Source: Diplonema japonicum (taxonomy: Eukaryota > Protista > Euglenozoa: Diplonemea). Taken from it: DNA of 64,000 nt. The stretch lies in assembly GCA_964019335.1 (NCBI GenBank), contig OZ025708.1, forward strand, positions 186,001 to 250,000. The letters are read 5' to 3'. Shown in pieces: positions 1-11,716 of the stretch. Below the pieces are notes generated by a model, which was given only the letters and a program-made list of their open reading frames with translations, did not search any database and was not told the origin of the DNA. A program made the translations under genes and the position numbers. The first letter of the stretch is position 1, and each line of letters begins with the position of its first letter.

Positions 1-123
1 GGATTCCTCATACTGCTGGGTGTGCCCGATTGTCCCTTCTATGGCTTCCTTAACTATTCTCAAAACGGTTTCTGTTTGAATCATCAGCTCCTCCGGCTGT
101 TCGAACCCCGTTCGCCCCTCCAT
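1..123 (-). CDS. Tctex-1 family dynein light chain, N-terminus (runs off window edge)
   Basis: Manual translation from ATG at 123: MEGRTGFEQPEELMIQTETVLRIVKEAIEGTIGHTQQYEES. IVKEAIE-x-x-IG matches the Tctex-1/DYNLT N-terminal helix. Confidence 0.75.
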   Translation of the reverse strand, partial: MEGRTGFEQPEELMIQTETVLRIVKEAIEGTIGHTQQYEES

Positions 124-863
124 TGTTGGGGTTTTATTTTATTTTATTTTATTTTAATAGATGTGTAGGACCTTTTTTTTTTTTTTTTTTTTTTTTGCGC
201 TGTGTCTTTTTCAGGGGTGGGGGGGGGAAGAATATGAAAACAAAAAAGAACACTTTGGTTCCCCCCTTTTTTCTTTTTTTTTTCTTCGAATTTATTTCCC
301 CCACCATCTCCGATCGGCAGATGGAAGAAAAAAAAGGGGGGAAGGAGGGGGGGGGGGGAACAAGGGTTGGTAATGAACAAATTTAAACCCAATGAAAAAA
401 GTAAAAGGGGGGGAAAAGGGGGGGGGGGGGGGAAGGCGGGATACGAGGTGGTAAACACTAGAAAAAAAAGGAAGAAAGATAAAAAGGGGTATTTGAGAAG
501 GGTGGGGGGGGGGAAGAAAAAAGAAGTAGGGGGGACAAAGCAAAGAGTGCCAGAAAACAAAAAACCCTTAAAAACAAAAAGGAAAAAAAAAACTTGAAAT
601 GACCCCTGTAAAAAAAAAAAGGAAAAAAAAAAAGGCATCTATTTGCTCTTATGGTCCCCTCCACATTCACTTCTTCAACACGAGCTTCCCAGAGGGGAAA
701 GGGGAGGGGGAATGATCTTTTCTTTTTCTCTCTCTGGTTGTCCCTTTTTTTTTTTTTTGAACCCACCCCTTTTCGAACAGACAACAAAAAGGGAGAAGGG
801 GCAGAAGGGGCGCAAACAAAAAAAAAAAAAAAAACTTCAATTTTCTTTTGTGTCGTAGCACAT

Positions 864-949
864 CTAGAGATCCCTGATGGAAGGCACAGTAGACAGGTCA
901 CCGAATGCGGTGTAGGTAGGGGCAGAAGCGCCCATCACGTCTCCAAGCT

Positions 950-981
<32 letters not shown>

Positions 982-1072
982 CTTCTTTTTTTTTCCCCCA
1001 AAACACACCTTCTTCATGTCAGCAGCGGTCACGTCACTGATTGCCTGCAAGACAGCAGGGACGGTCCTGAGT

Positions 1073-1110
<38 letters not shown>

Positions 1111-2487
1111 TCTGGACAACATACTTGCCAATGCTGGCGGTGCCAGAATGCAAGACAAGGAAGTCAAGCAGACCCTCACGGGTGTTTGTGCTCGACAGGA
1201 AGTTAACCGCGGCAACCTTCTTGGCAGCCTCCAGCTCGGACCCCGCAAGGCTGCCGGTTGCGTTCACAGAGGCAGCAAGGTTCTTGGCGGCGACATCGGC
1301 GTGCTCAGGACGGCACCTCACCATCCCACCCACCACGGAGGTACCCTCGAAGGACTTGAGGAGACCCTCCGTCCCGAAGCCAGTCCCGACAGAGGCACCC
1401 ACGTTGCCCGTTGCCACCAGCATCGAGGCGAAGTCCTTGATGGACGCGCTGCCCATCCCCTGCCTGCCGTACGAGACGTAGACATCGTTGTAGAACTGCT
1501 GGTTCTTGAAGGCCTCGCTCTTTCTGAAGAATTCATGCGTGTTGCCACCCATGTACGCCCCCACCTGGTTTACCTCGGTCGCAATGTTCGCGTCTGCAAA
1601 ACGGTGTTTTTATTTTTTTTTTATTTTTTTTTTTCTTTACGACATACTCTTGTGCGAAGGGTGATCAGCGGTGTTGGCGGTGCTCCACTCGCTCTTCTCA
1701 TACGCAGCGGAGAGCTCCTCTGCGGAGATGTTGACACCCGCAAGGGTCACGCGCTCGGGGGTGAAGTACGTGCCCCACCAGTTGATAAGGTCCTAGATTT
1801 TTTTTTTTTTTTTTTTTTTTTTTTGTATTTCAAAAATAAAAAAAACAAAAAATTCCATACGTCATGGGTGATGGTGTCGACGTTGAAGCCCGGGCAGTCT
1901 TCGTCGTTGGCGAGGGAGCTGGCGCTGAAGGCGGTCTTGGCGAACTGCTTGAGGGCGTAGGCCTTCTGGTCATGGGTTTTGGTGGCGTGGTTGTTGTCAA
2001 GAATCTCGCGGACAAGGTTCATCTCGTGGGGGGCGAACCTGGGGATGACGAGGTTCTCCGTAAGCCTGGCGACGACCTCGTTCACAGTGTCTCTGCGGCA
2101 CTCCACCTTGACACCAATGTACCTGCCGTTCACCTGGTTGGACCAGTAGTTGGCACCCGCGTGCTGGAAGGTCTTGTACACCTGGAAATCGCTCGACTGA
2201 AGGTTGCTTCTGAACATCATCTTTGTGACGAAATCAGCCACACCCGCCTGCGCCCTGGACTCGTACCTCGCACCGGCATCGATGTAGTACCCGACCAAGG
2301 ACGTCGCCTGGCCGTTGTCCTGCACAATCACCTTGCTACCGCTGCTCATCTTCTGCCCGGAAGCGTTTTGCGGGTCGGTCGGCACTCTCCTCGTCGCCGG
2401 GCAGGGGTAGTTGCTGCTCATCGGGACATCACAGTAGTTGTAGGGGAACGTGCAGTAACCCCTTCTTGCCGCGAGCCTCTTTGCCAT
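864..2487 (-). CDS. M16 peptidase family, catalytically inactive (MPP alpha / complex III core-2 type), 5 exons
   Basis: VGYYIDAGARYE...GVADFVTKMMFRS is the insulinase N-terminal region with HxxEH degenerate; Arg-rich N-terminus resembles a mitochondrial presequence. GT-AG introns at 1793-1860, 1594-1647, 1067-1124 and 948-1008 give one continuous frame ending ...PSIRDL-TAG. Confidence 0.85.
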
Positions 2488-2592
2488 TTTTTTTTTCTTG
2501 TCTCTAATGTCCCCCTGTTTCGAGAATAAAAAAAAATCTTTTGGGAAAAAAAAAAAATGTCAAGAAACAAAAAAAAAAAAAAAAAAAAAAGT

Positions 2593-3051
2593 CTATAGGA
2601 CAGTTGTCTTCTTGTCCATTCTACAGAGCACGTTGGTGATGTTTTCGAGATGCGCTAGGCGCATGATCTTGTCCTGCGGGGTGGCTTGCAGGACAAGGGA
2701 TTTAGGGGGTGGTGAGGGCGGGGTGGTGTGTTTGTTGGCCGCCTTCAGTTTGCAGATGAGCAGCTCCCTGTCCGCCGCGTGTTGGATAGCTTCTCGGATG
2801 AAGTTCTTGTCGCACTCAATCTGCTCCCCTGCGTGCCGGCAAGCCTCCATCATGACACCCTGTTCTATTCTGAGTACGTCCCGTTCCGCTTCTGCAGCTG
2901 CTCTGGCTTCCCTTTCCCTCTCTAGCGCATCAGAGACCTGGGTCAGCTGCCCCACTAACATGTCGCACATTTTGTACACCGATTCCAAATGTTGCTGGTG
3001 TTCTTCGGCCTCCGTTGTCGTGCCTGGCGTTGCTACTGGTACTTTTGTCAT
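2593..3051 (-). CDS. Hypothetical coiled-coil protein (5' end uncertain; upstream exons possible)
   Basis: Non-homopolymer part of ORF 2593..3339 from MTKVPV; E/R/A-rich helical segment; same strand as neighbours. Confidence 0.55.
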   Translation of the reverse strand: MTKVPVATPGTTTEAEEHQQHLESVYKMCDMLVGQLTQVSDALEREREARAAAEAERDVLRIEQGVMMEACRHAGEQIECDKNFIREAIQHAADRELLICKLKAANKHTTPPSPPPKSLVLQATPQDKIMRLAHLENITNVLCRMDKKTTVL

Positions 3052-3201
3052 GATGACCGAGTCACCTGGTCCACCCCCCTCGCCTTGTTGTAGCGATGGC
3101 AGGGAAGAAATAAAAAAAAAAAAAAAAAAAAAAGAAATAATAATAATAAAGAAGATTTCACCCACGTAACACGGAAGTACAACGTTTTCTTTTGAGGGGG
3201 T

Positions 3202-3242
<41 letters not shown>

Positions 3243-3697
3243 CTTTTTTTCTTCCCGTTCTGTTCCTCCCTCGGGGCAGATCGACGGTTTGCACCCGAAG
3301 GTGGCCGTTGGTTATCGCTGACCAAAATACAGTCAGCAAAGAAGCTTGACAGACGGTCAGGTGCTCTCACCTAAGCATTTGACACGAGGGAAGGGGTGAT
3401 TGCGAAAAAAAAGCCGTTTCCGCTGCCCGACCATTCCTTCCTACACCGCACAGCACAGGACTTTCATTTTTTTTTTTTTTTGTTCAATGCGCGCGTTCTG
3501 TGAGGCAGGGGGGCGGGGCTAACCCGTAAACCCAGCAAAGGAAGAAGAAAAAAAAAAAGAAAAAAACAACAAATATGAGTGTGAGAAAAAAAAAAAAGAA
3601 TATAAACAAAAAAGAATATGGCGAGAGAGGGGGGGGAGTGGAGAAGAAGAAAAAAAAAAAAAAAAAAAAAAAAAGCCGGAAAAGAGAAAAATTTAGT

Positions 3698-4602
3698 TCA
3701 AAGCACCAATGCGTCATAGTGCACACCACCTTGGTAGATGACATTGATGCATCTTTTGTGAGGGATGTTGCTATCAGGGCGAACGGATGGTGGGTCAAAA
3801 CACGAGATCCTTCTGAAGCCGGGTCCTGTTTTGTTCCGTTCCCACACCTGAACAGGAGTGTCAAACACAATGGAGAAGACGGCCATTTCTATCCCTCCTC
3901 CCCACCCGGAGTACGTCATATTCCGTGCATAAGCAGAAGCAGTTTGATTCGAGTCCCAAAGGATCCATGAGGCAAGCGGGGTTTCGGCAATAGGTCGAGA
4001 AGGGTGGTCTGCTATCCACGTGCATATGGTTCTTCGCAGGCTTACTGCGGACTGTTTGTTCAAACCAACTGCGGGCATCCCGTCACATAATGAGTGGAAC
4101 AAACACGAACCGTCTCCTGGTTGTCTAACCACACTGCCTGATCTGGAAACAATGTTACCGCAGGGTCTACCCATGTTTACGGGTTTTCTCATTAGGGCGT
4201 CAGGGTGGTTCTCCCTTGGCTTTGGGTAGACGGGGCAGCAGTCTGTGAAGTGCTTCCCGTCACACTTGTCACATGATTTGTCTTGTGGATGGGCGGCAAG
4301 ATCTTTCGGCAGGGTGGTTGTCTGGGAGGGCTGACTGCACCCGTGTGTGTCGGACACGCAGATTCCCATCGTGTTGTACCGTGTGTCTGTGTTCTTAGCT
4401 GAGTGCAGCCTTGACCTTAGCCTCGAGGGGGCTCTTGTTATTTGCGAAGTTAGGAGGATGTCTTTTCTGTTCCAGCTGTTTGCTCTCTGTTTTTTTTTTT
4501 TTTTTTTTTTTATCCCGGTGTTACCTGTAAGTAATTTCTTTTGTATGAACTAACCGTCCCTGCTCTCGTCGTGCTGCTGTAACTACCACCAGATGGAATC
4601 AT
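3698..4602 (-). CDS. OTU-domain cysteine protease (deubiquitinase-like) with upstream Cys/His knuckle, 2 exons
   Basis: QPGDGSCLFHSL, WGGGIEM and GGVHYDAL are OTU motifs; CDKCDGKHFTDCC lies upstream. A 38-nt intron at 4487-4524 joins ATG 4602 in frame. Confidence 0.8.
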
Positions 4603-4736
4603 GCCATTTGTGGGTGGGTTGTGATTTTTTTTGGGGGGGGTTATTGTTTTTTATGTGTGTGGGCTTTTTTTTTCCCCCCCTTTTTTTTTTCCCACTTTTT
4701 TTTAAATTCGCTTTTTCCCTGTTTTTTACGGGTGGT

Positions 4737-4769
<33 letters not shown>

Positions 4770-4772
4770 CTT

Positions 4773-6078
4773 CATAGTGTCCAGGGTTAACCGATCACCT
4801 TCGGGTTTTGAAACCCGACCCGAGCAATTTTAGATTTTCGATCACAGTCGGGTTAATGATCGGTTTTTTTCTAATTTCGGATCGGTTTGATCGGTTTATG
4901 ATCGGTTTTTTTTAATTTCGGATCGGTTTGATCGATCCAAAACACATATTTCTGGCAAAAAATACCAAGACCATGCTCAAATTTGGATAAAATGTCCGAC
5001 ACTTGTTCCTCTTCCGAAGAATCTGTGACTTCTTCAGAGGTGCGATACAAGACTCAGCTCTTGGAGAAGAGCAGGGACCAGCTGGTGGCCCATGCCAAAA
5101 GGAGGAAATTAAGCTCCTACGGCACCAAGGGCACACTTGCTAGCAGGATCGCTGCTGACAAGGCTAAGAACGCTTCCGTGTGTCCCATGGAGCTTTTCAA
5201 GGCGCCCCCTTACTTTGTGCGTTGCTACTTCCCGTTCAAGTTTCAATGTTTTTCATTATTGACTTTCGTGCCCAGTTAAAAACCCGCCAAAAACAGGGAG
5301 AATGCCGATTTTCGGGAAAATAATCCTTTTCTAAGTTGTTTCGATGCAGGCGTTGTGTACCTGGGAGGTCCGGGAGACGAATAGAAGGGTTATAAGTATG
5401 GTTGCATGCTCTCCTCCCGTTCTAATTATATTGATTTTTGATTTCGCTCCTATTTAAACAGAAAAAAGAAGAAAAACCGCCAAAAAAAGCGAAAAAACAG
5501 CCTTTCGGGAAAATAATCCTTTTGTAAGTCGTTTTGATGCTCCCTGGGGTCGGCTTTGTGTATCTGGGGGGCCCGGGGGACGAATAAAAGGGTTATTATA
5601 TGCATGGTTGCGTGCTCTCCTCCCGTTTTAATTATTGACTTTTGATTTCGCTCCCAATTAGGATCCTGCCTGAAACAGGGAAACACCAGCTTTTCGGGAA
5701 AATAATCCTTTTCTATGTCATTTTGATGCTCCCTGGGGTCGGCTTTGTGTATCTGGGGGACCCGGGGGATGAAACGAAGGGTTTTAAGCATGATTGCATG
5801 CTCTCCTCCTGTTTTAATTTTTGATTTTCGATTTTTTTTGTTTTTTCGCTTTTAATTAAAAACCCGTCAAAAAAAGCGAAAAAACAGCTTTTCGGGAAAA
5901 TAATCCTTTTCTAAGTCGTTTTGATGCTCCCTGGGACCGGCTTTGTGTATCTGGGGGACCCGGGATACGAATATAAGGGTTTTAAGCATGGTTGCATGCT
6001 CGCCTTTCATTTGACGTCAATTTAAAACCCGATTGTAATTAAAAACCCGCGGGTGATCGGTTAACCCTGGATACTATG
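4773..6078. mobile_element. Non-autonomous DNA transposon with 27-bp TIRs and 6-bp TSD
   Basis: Left CATAGTGTCCAGGGTTAACCGATCACC versus right reverse complement CATAGTATCCAGGGTTAACCGATCACC. TTTCTT duplicated at 4767-4772 and 6079-6084. GATCGGTTT subterminal repeats at about 4857-4935. Confidence 0.9.
5309..6000. repeat. Four ~190-bp tandem repeats inside the TIR element
   Basis: TTTCGGGAAAA(A)TAATCCTTTT recurs at about 5309, 5502, 5691 and 5889, each followed by similar sequence. Confidence 0.85.
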
Positions 6079-6529
6079 TTTCTTGGTGTAGAAAAAGAGA
6101 GAGAAAAAAAAAATAAGAAGAGAATATAAAAAAAAAAATATTAAGAGAGTTGGGGGGGAGTAAGCAGAAATAAGAAAATGGTGATTTTTCTTTTTTTGCA
6201 GTTTCCTCTTCAAAGAAAAAATATTTTTATATCCGAATTTCTTCTTTTTTTTTTCTCACCTATATGAAAAGAAATACCGGGGGTCCGTGATAATATATTA
6301 TTTTTTTTGAAGTTTTTGTGAAAACAAAAAAGAAATCCCTTTTTTTTTTTCTTTCTGGATACTGGAAAACCCACCCCTTCAGTTTTAATTTGTCGTTATC
6401 AAAATAAAGGGAAGAGGGGGAGGGGGAAACCACAACAAGGTTTAAAAAGAAACACTGCTTTTGAGAGGAATAAAGAAGATACTATTTGTTACCACTATTC
6501 TTCAGATGCACTCAAGTGAAACCTTGAGC

Positions 6530-6728
6530 TTACGCCTCCTCCTCCTCCTCCTCCTCCTCAGAGGAAGCAGAGGCAGAGGCGGCCTTGGCCTCCTCCTCAG
6601 CCTTGGCCTTGGCGGCCTCCTCGATCTTGTCGTGCATCTCCTTCTCAGCCTTGTGGTTGGCACCCCAAGTGGCATCGTTGAAGGCCTTCACCTGTGAATG
6701 GGAGAAAAAAAAGAAAAGAATTGTTTTA

Positions 6729-6759
<31 letters not shown>

Positions 6760-7354
6760 TTTTTTTTAAATTATTCCCACACACCTCATCGATGTTGTCA
6801 GCGATGATGATGTTGTCGAAGATGCTGCCCGACTTCACCTGCCAGACGTCGATGCCCACAGCGGAGAGGGGCTGCCTTGCGAGGTACAGGTCGGAGTCGG
6901 CCTCGTACTCCGGGTTGGGGATCTGCTTGGGAGCCCACACACCCTTGTAGGCGGGGTTGGGGATCTTCTTCGCCTTCCACTCCCCCTTGTAGTTGGGGTT
7001 GGCGATCATGGGGGCCTCCCACTCACCGTCGTCCTCCTCATCCCAGTCCTCAGGCTTCTCCGCCTCAGGGTCCACCACCTTCTCGGGCTCCGAACCCCAG
7101 TCAGCCGGCTTCACGTCCTCAGGGTCGTCCATCTGGGCCTCGTCCACCCAGTCCGCGGGCTTCTTGTCACTCGCGTCGTCGATCTGCTTGGGCTTCAGGA
7201 AGGACCAGTCCTCCTCCAGGCTCCCGCTCTCCTTCTTCTCCCCGTCCATCTGCAACTCGTACGTGTTGTCGGGGTTCACGATCACAGTGTACAGATGGCT
7301 CAGCTTGTCGTCCCCGCACATAGGGGTCTTCTTCCACAGCAGGTTCTCACCCTG

Positions 7355-7404
<50 letters not shown>

Positions 7405-7908
7405 CCCGTCTCCTTTTTCTCTCCAAAAATACCTTGTAACCGAAGATGAGGTGGATCTTCTTGGTGGAGCCGCAGATGTCAGGCCCGAACATCATGTAGT
7501 AAGGGGTCTCACCGTCGAAGTCCTCAAGCTCGATCTCGGGGAGGATCTTGATGTAGCCACCACCGCAGTCGATACCCTGTTGTGGTGGTTGTTGTTGTTG
7601 TTTTGTAGGCATACCTGGGCGTGCTTCAGGGTGAAGGACACGACGAGGGGCTTGTCCTTGTTCCCGAAGGTCTTGGCGGCCTTGGACGAGATGGCGTAGA
7701 ACTTGGCGTCCTCAGAGGTCTGGAGCCCCTTGTCGGCCTCCGCATCACCGTACCATTCGCCTGCGCTGTGCGTGAACTGCCCGAGGCCTTCCTTCTTCTT
7801 GCTCACCACCCACCTGTCCGCCCACGAGCCGTCGAAGGTCTCCTTGAAGAACACCTCACCGTTCGCCAGGACGGCGGCGGTGCTTGCAAGCAACAATGCT
7901 CTGTGCAT
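6530..7908 (-). CDS. CALR: Calreticulin, 4 exons
   Basis: Signal peptide MHRALLLASTAAVLANG; KHAQ|GIDCGGGYIK; MFGPDICG; P-domain KPEDWDE repeats; DVWQVKSGSIFDNI; acidic tail. Introns at 7577-7614, 7352-7432 and 6692-6784. Confidence 0.95.
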
Positions 7909-8064
7909 CTTATGATACCTGTGACAGGGTACAGAATGGCCACGCAAAGAAAAAGACAAAAAAGAAAGAGGTATAGAAACGTATAGAAATAGCTTAATTG
8001 CAAACCCTCCCCTTTACGTTGGTAGTGTATTGTGTTGCCTGTTCCTCCCTTCCCCTCCCCCGTC

Positions 8065-9786
8065 CTACACAGTTGTAGCACCAGATGAAGCGTCAGTGAC
8101 ATTCTTTGAGTACCTCCTAAGAATGCCCGCGCTGACCCTTACGGGGGGTGGAGTCCACACCTTCTTCCTTTTCTGGATCTCCTCATCAGGAAGGTTCAAG
8201 TCGAGGGTCCTAGCAGTGAGGTCGATCTGGATCTCGTCTCCCGTCTGCACGAGGCCGAGGGGTCCGCCTTTTGCAGCCTCGGGGACTACGTGACCGATCA
8301 TGATCCCGTGACTGGCTCCACTGAACCTCCCATCTGTAATTAAAGGGCACTCGGTAGCCAACCCCCTGCCGACAAGCGCAGCACCGGGGGCGAGCATCTC
8401 AGGCATTCCCGGCGCACCGCTCGGCCCTTCGTTCCTAATAACCAGCGCCTCCCCTGCCTTCAGGACACCGTCCATCACACACTTCAGCGCGTCCCCTTCA
8501 TTGTCGCACACTCGAGCCTTCCCCTTCCATTGCTTCAAGCCTTTCCCACTGAGCTTGATGACGCTGCCCCCCGGTGCAAGGCTTCCCCTTAGCGCGGTGA
8601 TATGTCCCCCCGGTGGGGCAAGCGGGTTGCTTACAGAACGCACTACATTCTGTCCCTCAGGAAGCGGACCGACAGAAGCGAGGTTTTCGGCCACTGTCTT
8701 GCCAGTTACGGTGAGACATGACCCATCGATGAGGCCGTGGTCCAGCAGGTGCTTCATTACGACAGGTAGCCCACCAATGGCGTGCAAGTCGACCACGTTG
8801 TAGTCGCCGAAAGGCGTGAGGTTCCCCACAAGCGGCACCCTGTCCGACACCTCGTTGAACGTGTCGAGGCTCAGCTCCACCTGCGCCTCTGCTGCAAGCG
8901 CCAGAAGATGCAGCACCCCGTTTGTCGACCCCCCAAGCGCCATCATCACCACAATGGCGTTCTCGAAGGCAGGCCGTGTCATGATATCGCGTGCCCTGAT
9001 GCCCTTCTCCATCAGCCCGACAAGTGCATCGACACTCCTCCTGCAGTTGTCCGCAACCTCTGTGTTCACAGCGTTCTCGCATCCGACAGCAGGAACGGTG
9101 GACGTGCCAGGAAGTGACATCCCCAAAGCCTCAATGCACGTCGACATGGTGTTGGCTGTGAACATGCCGGAGCAGGTTCCGGAGCCCGGGCAGCTGTGCT
9201 TCTCGATGCTTGTGAGTTCTTCGATATCCATGAGGCCGGCAGAGACGGCGCCAGATCCCTCGTAAGGCGACCCTGGGGTGAGGCGTTCGTCTTTGCCAGG
9301 ACGGGCTCCTGAACGGCTCGTGCCGGGATAGAGCGTCAGGCCGATGCTGTTCATGCGTGCCAAGGGCATCAAGGCTCCAGGGTTCGTCTTATCGCAGCCC
9401 CCGAAGGTGAGGACGGCATCGGTGCGGTAAGCGTCGACCATCAGCTCTACGCAATCAGCGATGAGTTCTCTGCTTACTAAGGACATGCGCATGCCGTCGG
9501 TGCCCATGGTCTGACCATCCGAGACGACAGGCGTGTAAGAAGCAAAGGGCATGGCGCCCTTGGCGAGGATGGCCTCTGTCGTGATGCGCACCAGCTCCTC
9601 GCTCTTCTGGTTGCACATGTTCTTCGACATGTAGGGTGCCACCACCGCCACCGTCGGCTTCTTGAAGTCGCCTTCTTCAAACCCTGCTGCATAAAGCTGC
9701 GCCCTTGCCCCCGCCCTGGCGACCCACGTCCTCTCGTCTGAAGGGTCCCCCATGATCTCCTTCGACCTTGTCTTGAGGCCTTCCAT
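8065..9786 (-). CDS. ilvD: Dihydroxy-acid dehydratase (IlvD/Edd family), intronless
   Basis: [50 protein letters not shown] and LITDGRFSG motifs. Confidence 0.95.
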   Translation of the reverse strand: MEGLKTRSKEIMGDPSDERTWVARAGARAQLYAAGFEEGDFKKPTVAVVAPYMSKNMCNQKSEELVRITTEAILAKGAMPFASYTPVVSDGQTMGTDGMRMSLVSRELIADCVELMVDAYRTDAVLTFGGCDKTNPGALMPLARMNSIGLTLYPGTSRSGARPGKDERLTPGSPYEGSGAVSAGLMDIEELTSIEKHSCPGSGTCSGMFTANTMSTCIEALGMSLPGTSTVPAVGCENAVNTEVADNCRRSVDALVGLMEKGIRARDIMTRPAFENAIVVMMALGGSTNGVLHLLALAAEAQVELSLDTFNEVSDRVPLVGNLTPFGDYNVVDLHAIGGLPVVMKHLLDHGLIDGSCLTVTGKTVAENLASVGPLPEGQNVVRSVSNPLAPPGGHITALRGSLAPGGSVIKLSGKGLKQWKGKARVCDNEGDALKCVMDGVLKAGEALVIRNEGPSGAPGMPEMLAPGAALVGRGLATECPLITDGRFSGASHGIMIGHVVPEAAKGGPLGLVQTGDEIQIDLTARTLDLNLPDEEIQKRKKVWTPPPVRVSAGILRRYSKNVTDASSGATTV

Positions 9787-9859
9787 GTTTTTTTATTTCC
9801 CCCTGTGCTGAATAATGGTTGACGGGAGCCCTTCATTCTTAAATAACGACCACTGTTAA

Positions 9860-11716
9860 CTACTGGGCCTGCTGGGGTTCGGCAGCCGCTGCAGCTGCCC
9901 ATATTGCTTGATGAAGTATCTCGTAACTAGGTGATGCCTGGTAGGTAGCCAGATCGCGTGCGATCATGTCCCTGATCGGGTAGAAGACATCCGTAGGGTA
10001 GTACTTGAGGTTGTGGTACGAGTAGAGGAGGGTGGCTAGCTGCGGAATGGTGAGCGCGGTGAGGGCGTTGCGTGACACGATGTCATCCTTCGCAACGGTG
10101 AAGAGCTTTGCAGAGGAGATGCCTGCCTTGGAGAAGGCCCAGAGCAGCGCGAGGAGCTGGTCTGTGGAGAATCGACTCAAGAGGTCCCTGTTGATACACT
10201 CAGCAGAGATCGCGAAGTACATATCTTGGACTTCTTTCTCTCCGCTGAACCCCCTGAGAACCCAAGCAAGATTGCACAGATCTCCCGGTGACAGGTCCAT
10301 CAAGAGAGGGTTTCTCCCTGGCTCTTTCAAGCTCTTCACCATCTTGTCCACCAACTCCTTCGCCACATCGGTGAACTCCTGCGTGACGAGACCGACCGTT
10401 GCCTTTACCAGCTCGCCTGCTGGGAGTGTCTTCAGCGTCTCCCTCAAGGGGGGGTTGGTAAGCCTTGCCTTTGAAGCCTCCATTACTGCGTCAGATTCAC
10501 TGGTCCGTGAGAACTTCGACGCTGCCCACATGAAGCAAGCCACGTCGTGCGGCGCGAGGTCGCAGGCACCACCTGAAGCAAGGATTTTCTTGCAGATGCC
10601 CGCAAAGCCTTCCGCATCGAGGCTGCCCGTCATCGTGAGGCCCCATAGGTAAGTAACGCAGTCCTTTGCAGCAGGTGGGGGCGATATGCTGCGCTCTGCG
10701 GCTGCAATCCGAAGCTTCACCAGCACCGCGTCCGTCTTCGGGAAGAGACCCGATTTTGTGAAGCACCACAGCAGCCCGACAATGGTAGAGAACGTCTCCC
10801 TTGCGAACTGGCGTTTCGCGGCCTCTGCGGCTGCCTTTGTGAACATGCCTTCCGAGTAAATCTTCGACGTGGTCAAAACCCACAACACGCGTGCCATGTC
10901 GTCGGTGGAGCAGGCGTCAAGACCACGCGCCTGCATTTCCAGAGAGAAGACTTCGTAAACGTCGCTTTGAGCGGCCTGAAGCTTTGCGAGGGAGTAGGCA
11001 ACACCGATCAGCTCGGGTTCGTTGAACTGCGCGACACCCTTCAACACACTGTTGATGGCAACGCTGACAAGGGTGGTGTATCCCGGTGCGCTGTAGTGGG
11101 GCACGGTAATCCTCGAGAGCCCCATGTTGAGTATTGCAGGCGAAAGCTCCACACCATCGTCATACGCAGTTTGTAGACGGCTGAGTACCAGTGCTTCGGT
11201 CTCAGCAGCTTGCAGGTTTGCGTTTAACGACCGTTGTTCGCTGCTTGGCATCGCACCATCTCTGAAATGGGTCGCTGTTTTGCTCTCTGGGTCTACACGG
11301 ACCCTCTTGCCCTTCATCGCTCCCCATTTCCACCACCGTTGGTGTTCAACAGTACTTGCTGCTACCTTGTTCCGTGCGAGCTCTTCCTCCTGTGCCTTTA
11401 GATACCCCTGCCAAGCGTTCTCTGGGGAGTACACTGTGCTCCCCGACCCCATCTTCGGCCCTGTGCTTGTTCGCGTTGCGTCTACCACCACTAGCGCCCC
11501 GTTTTCACTGACAACATTCTCTGCGGAGACTAGACCTTTACATGCGACTTGCCAGTGTCCTCCTTGTTTGCACCTACGGCACCTGTACTCTGGAGGAGGC
11601 TTCCTCTCTGATGGTATATTCAAACAGTCTTCTATCCAATGGCTTCCTCCACACATGTTGCACATGTATCCCTCAGGTACAGGCCTACAGTCCAACGGCG
11701 CAATAAGTCCTGACAT
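9860..11716 (-). CDS. Two N-terminal CX2CX3-4HX4C zinc knuckles plus helical-repeat (HPR/FASTK-like) region; probable RNA-binding protein
   Basis: CNMCGGSHWIEDC and CRRCKQGGHWQVAC; recurring ~37-aa units such as LLALLWAFSKAG, VACFMWAASK, LCNLAWVL and LATLLYSY. Confidence 0.65.
   Translation of the reverse strand: MSGLIAPLDCRPVPEGYMCNMCGGSHWIEDCLNIPSERKPPPEYRCRRCKQGGHWQVACKGLVSAENVVSENGALVVVDATRTSTGPKMGSGSTVYSPENAWQGYLKAQEEELARNKVAASTVEHQRWWKWGAMKGKRVRVDPESKTATHFRDGAMPSSEQRSLNANLQAAETEALVLSRLQTAYDDGVELSPAILNMGLSRITVPHYSAPGYTTLVSVAINSVLKGVAQFNEPELIGVAYSLAKLQAAQSDVYEVFSLEMQARGLDACSTDDMARVLWVLTTSKIYSEGMFTKAAAEAAKRQFARETFSTIVGLLWCFTKSGLFPKTDAVLVKLRIAAAERSISPPPAAKDCVTYLWGLTMTGSLDAEGFAGICKKILASGGACDLAPHDVACFMWAASKFSRTSESDAVMEASKARLTNPPLRETLKTLPAGELVKATVGLVTQEFTDVAKELVDKMVKSLKEPGRNPLLMDLSPGDLCNLAWVLRGFSGEKEVQDMYFAISAECINRDLLSRFSTDQLLALLWAFSKAGISSAKLFTVAKDDIVSRNALTALTIPQLATLLYSYHNLKYYPTDVFYPIRDMIARDLATYQASPSYEILHQAIWAAAAAAEPQQAQ

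Noticed and set aside
123-860. Many ORFs rich in poly-F, poly-K or poly-G/P (also at 3.1-3.7, 16-17.3, 19.1-19.4 and 28.3-28.5 kb)
   Set aside because: They are translations of homopolymer tracts in intergenic or intronic DNA and show no protein-like composition.
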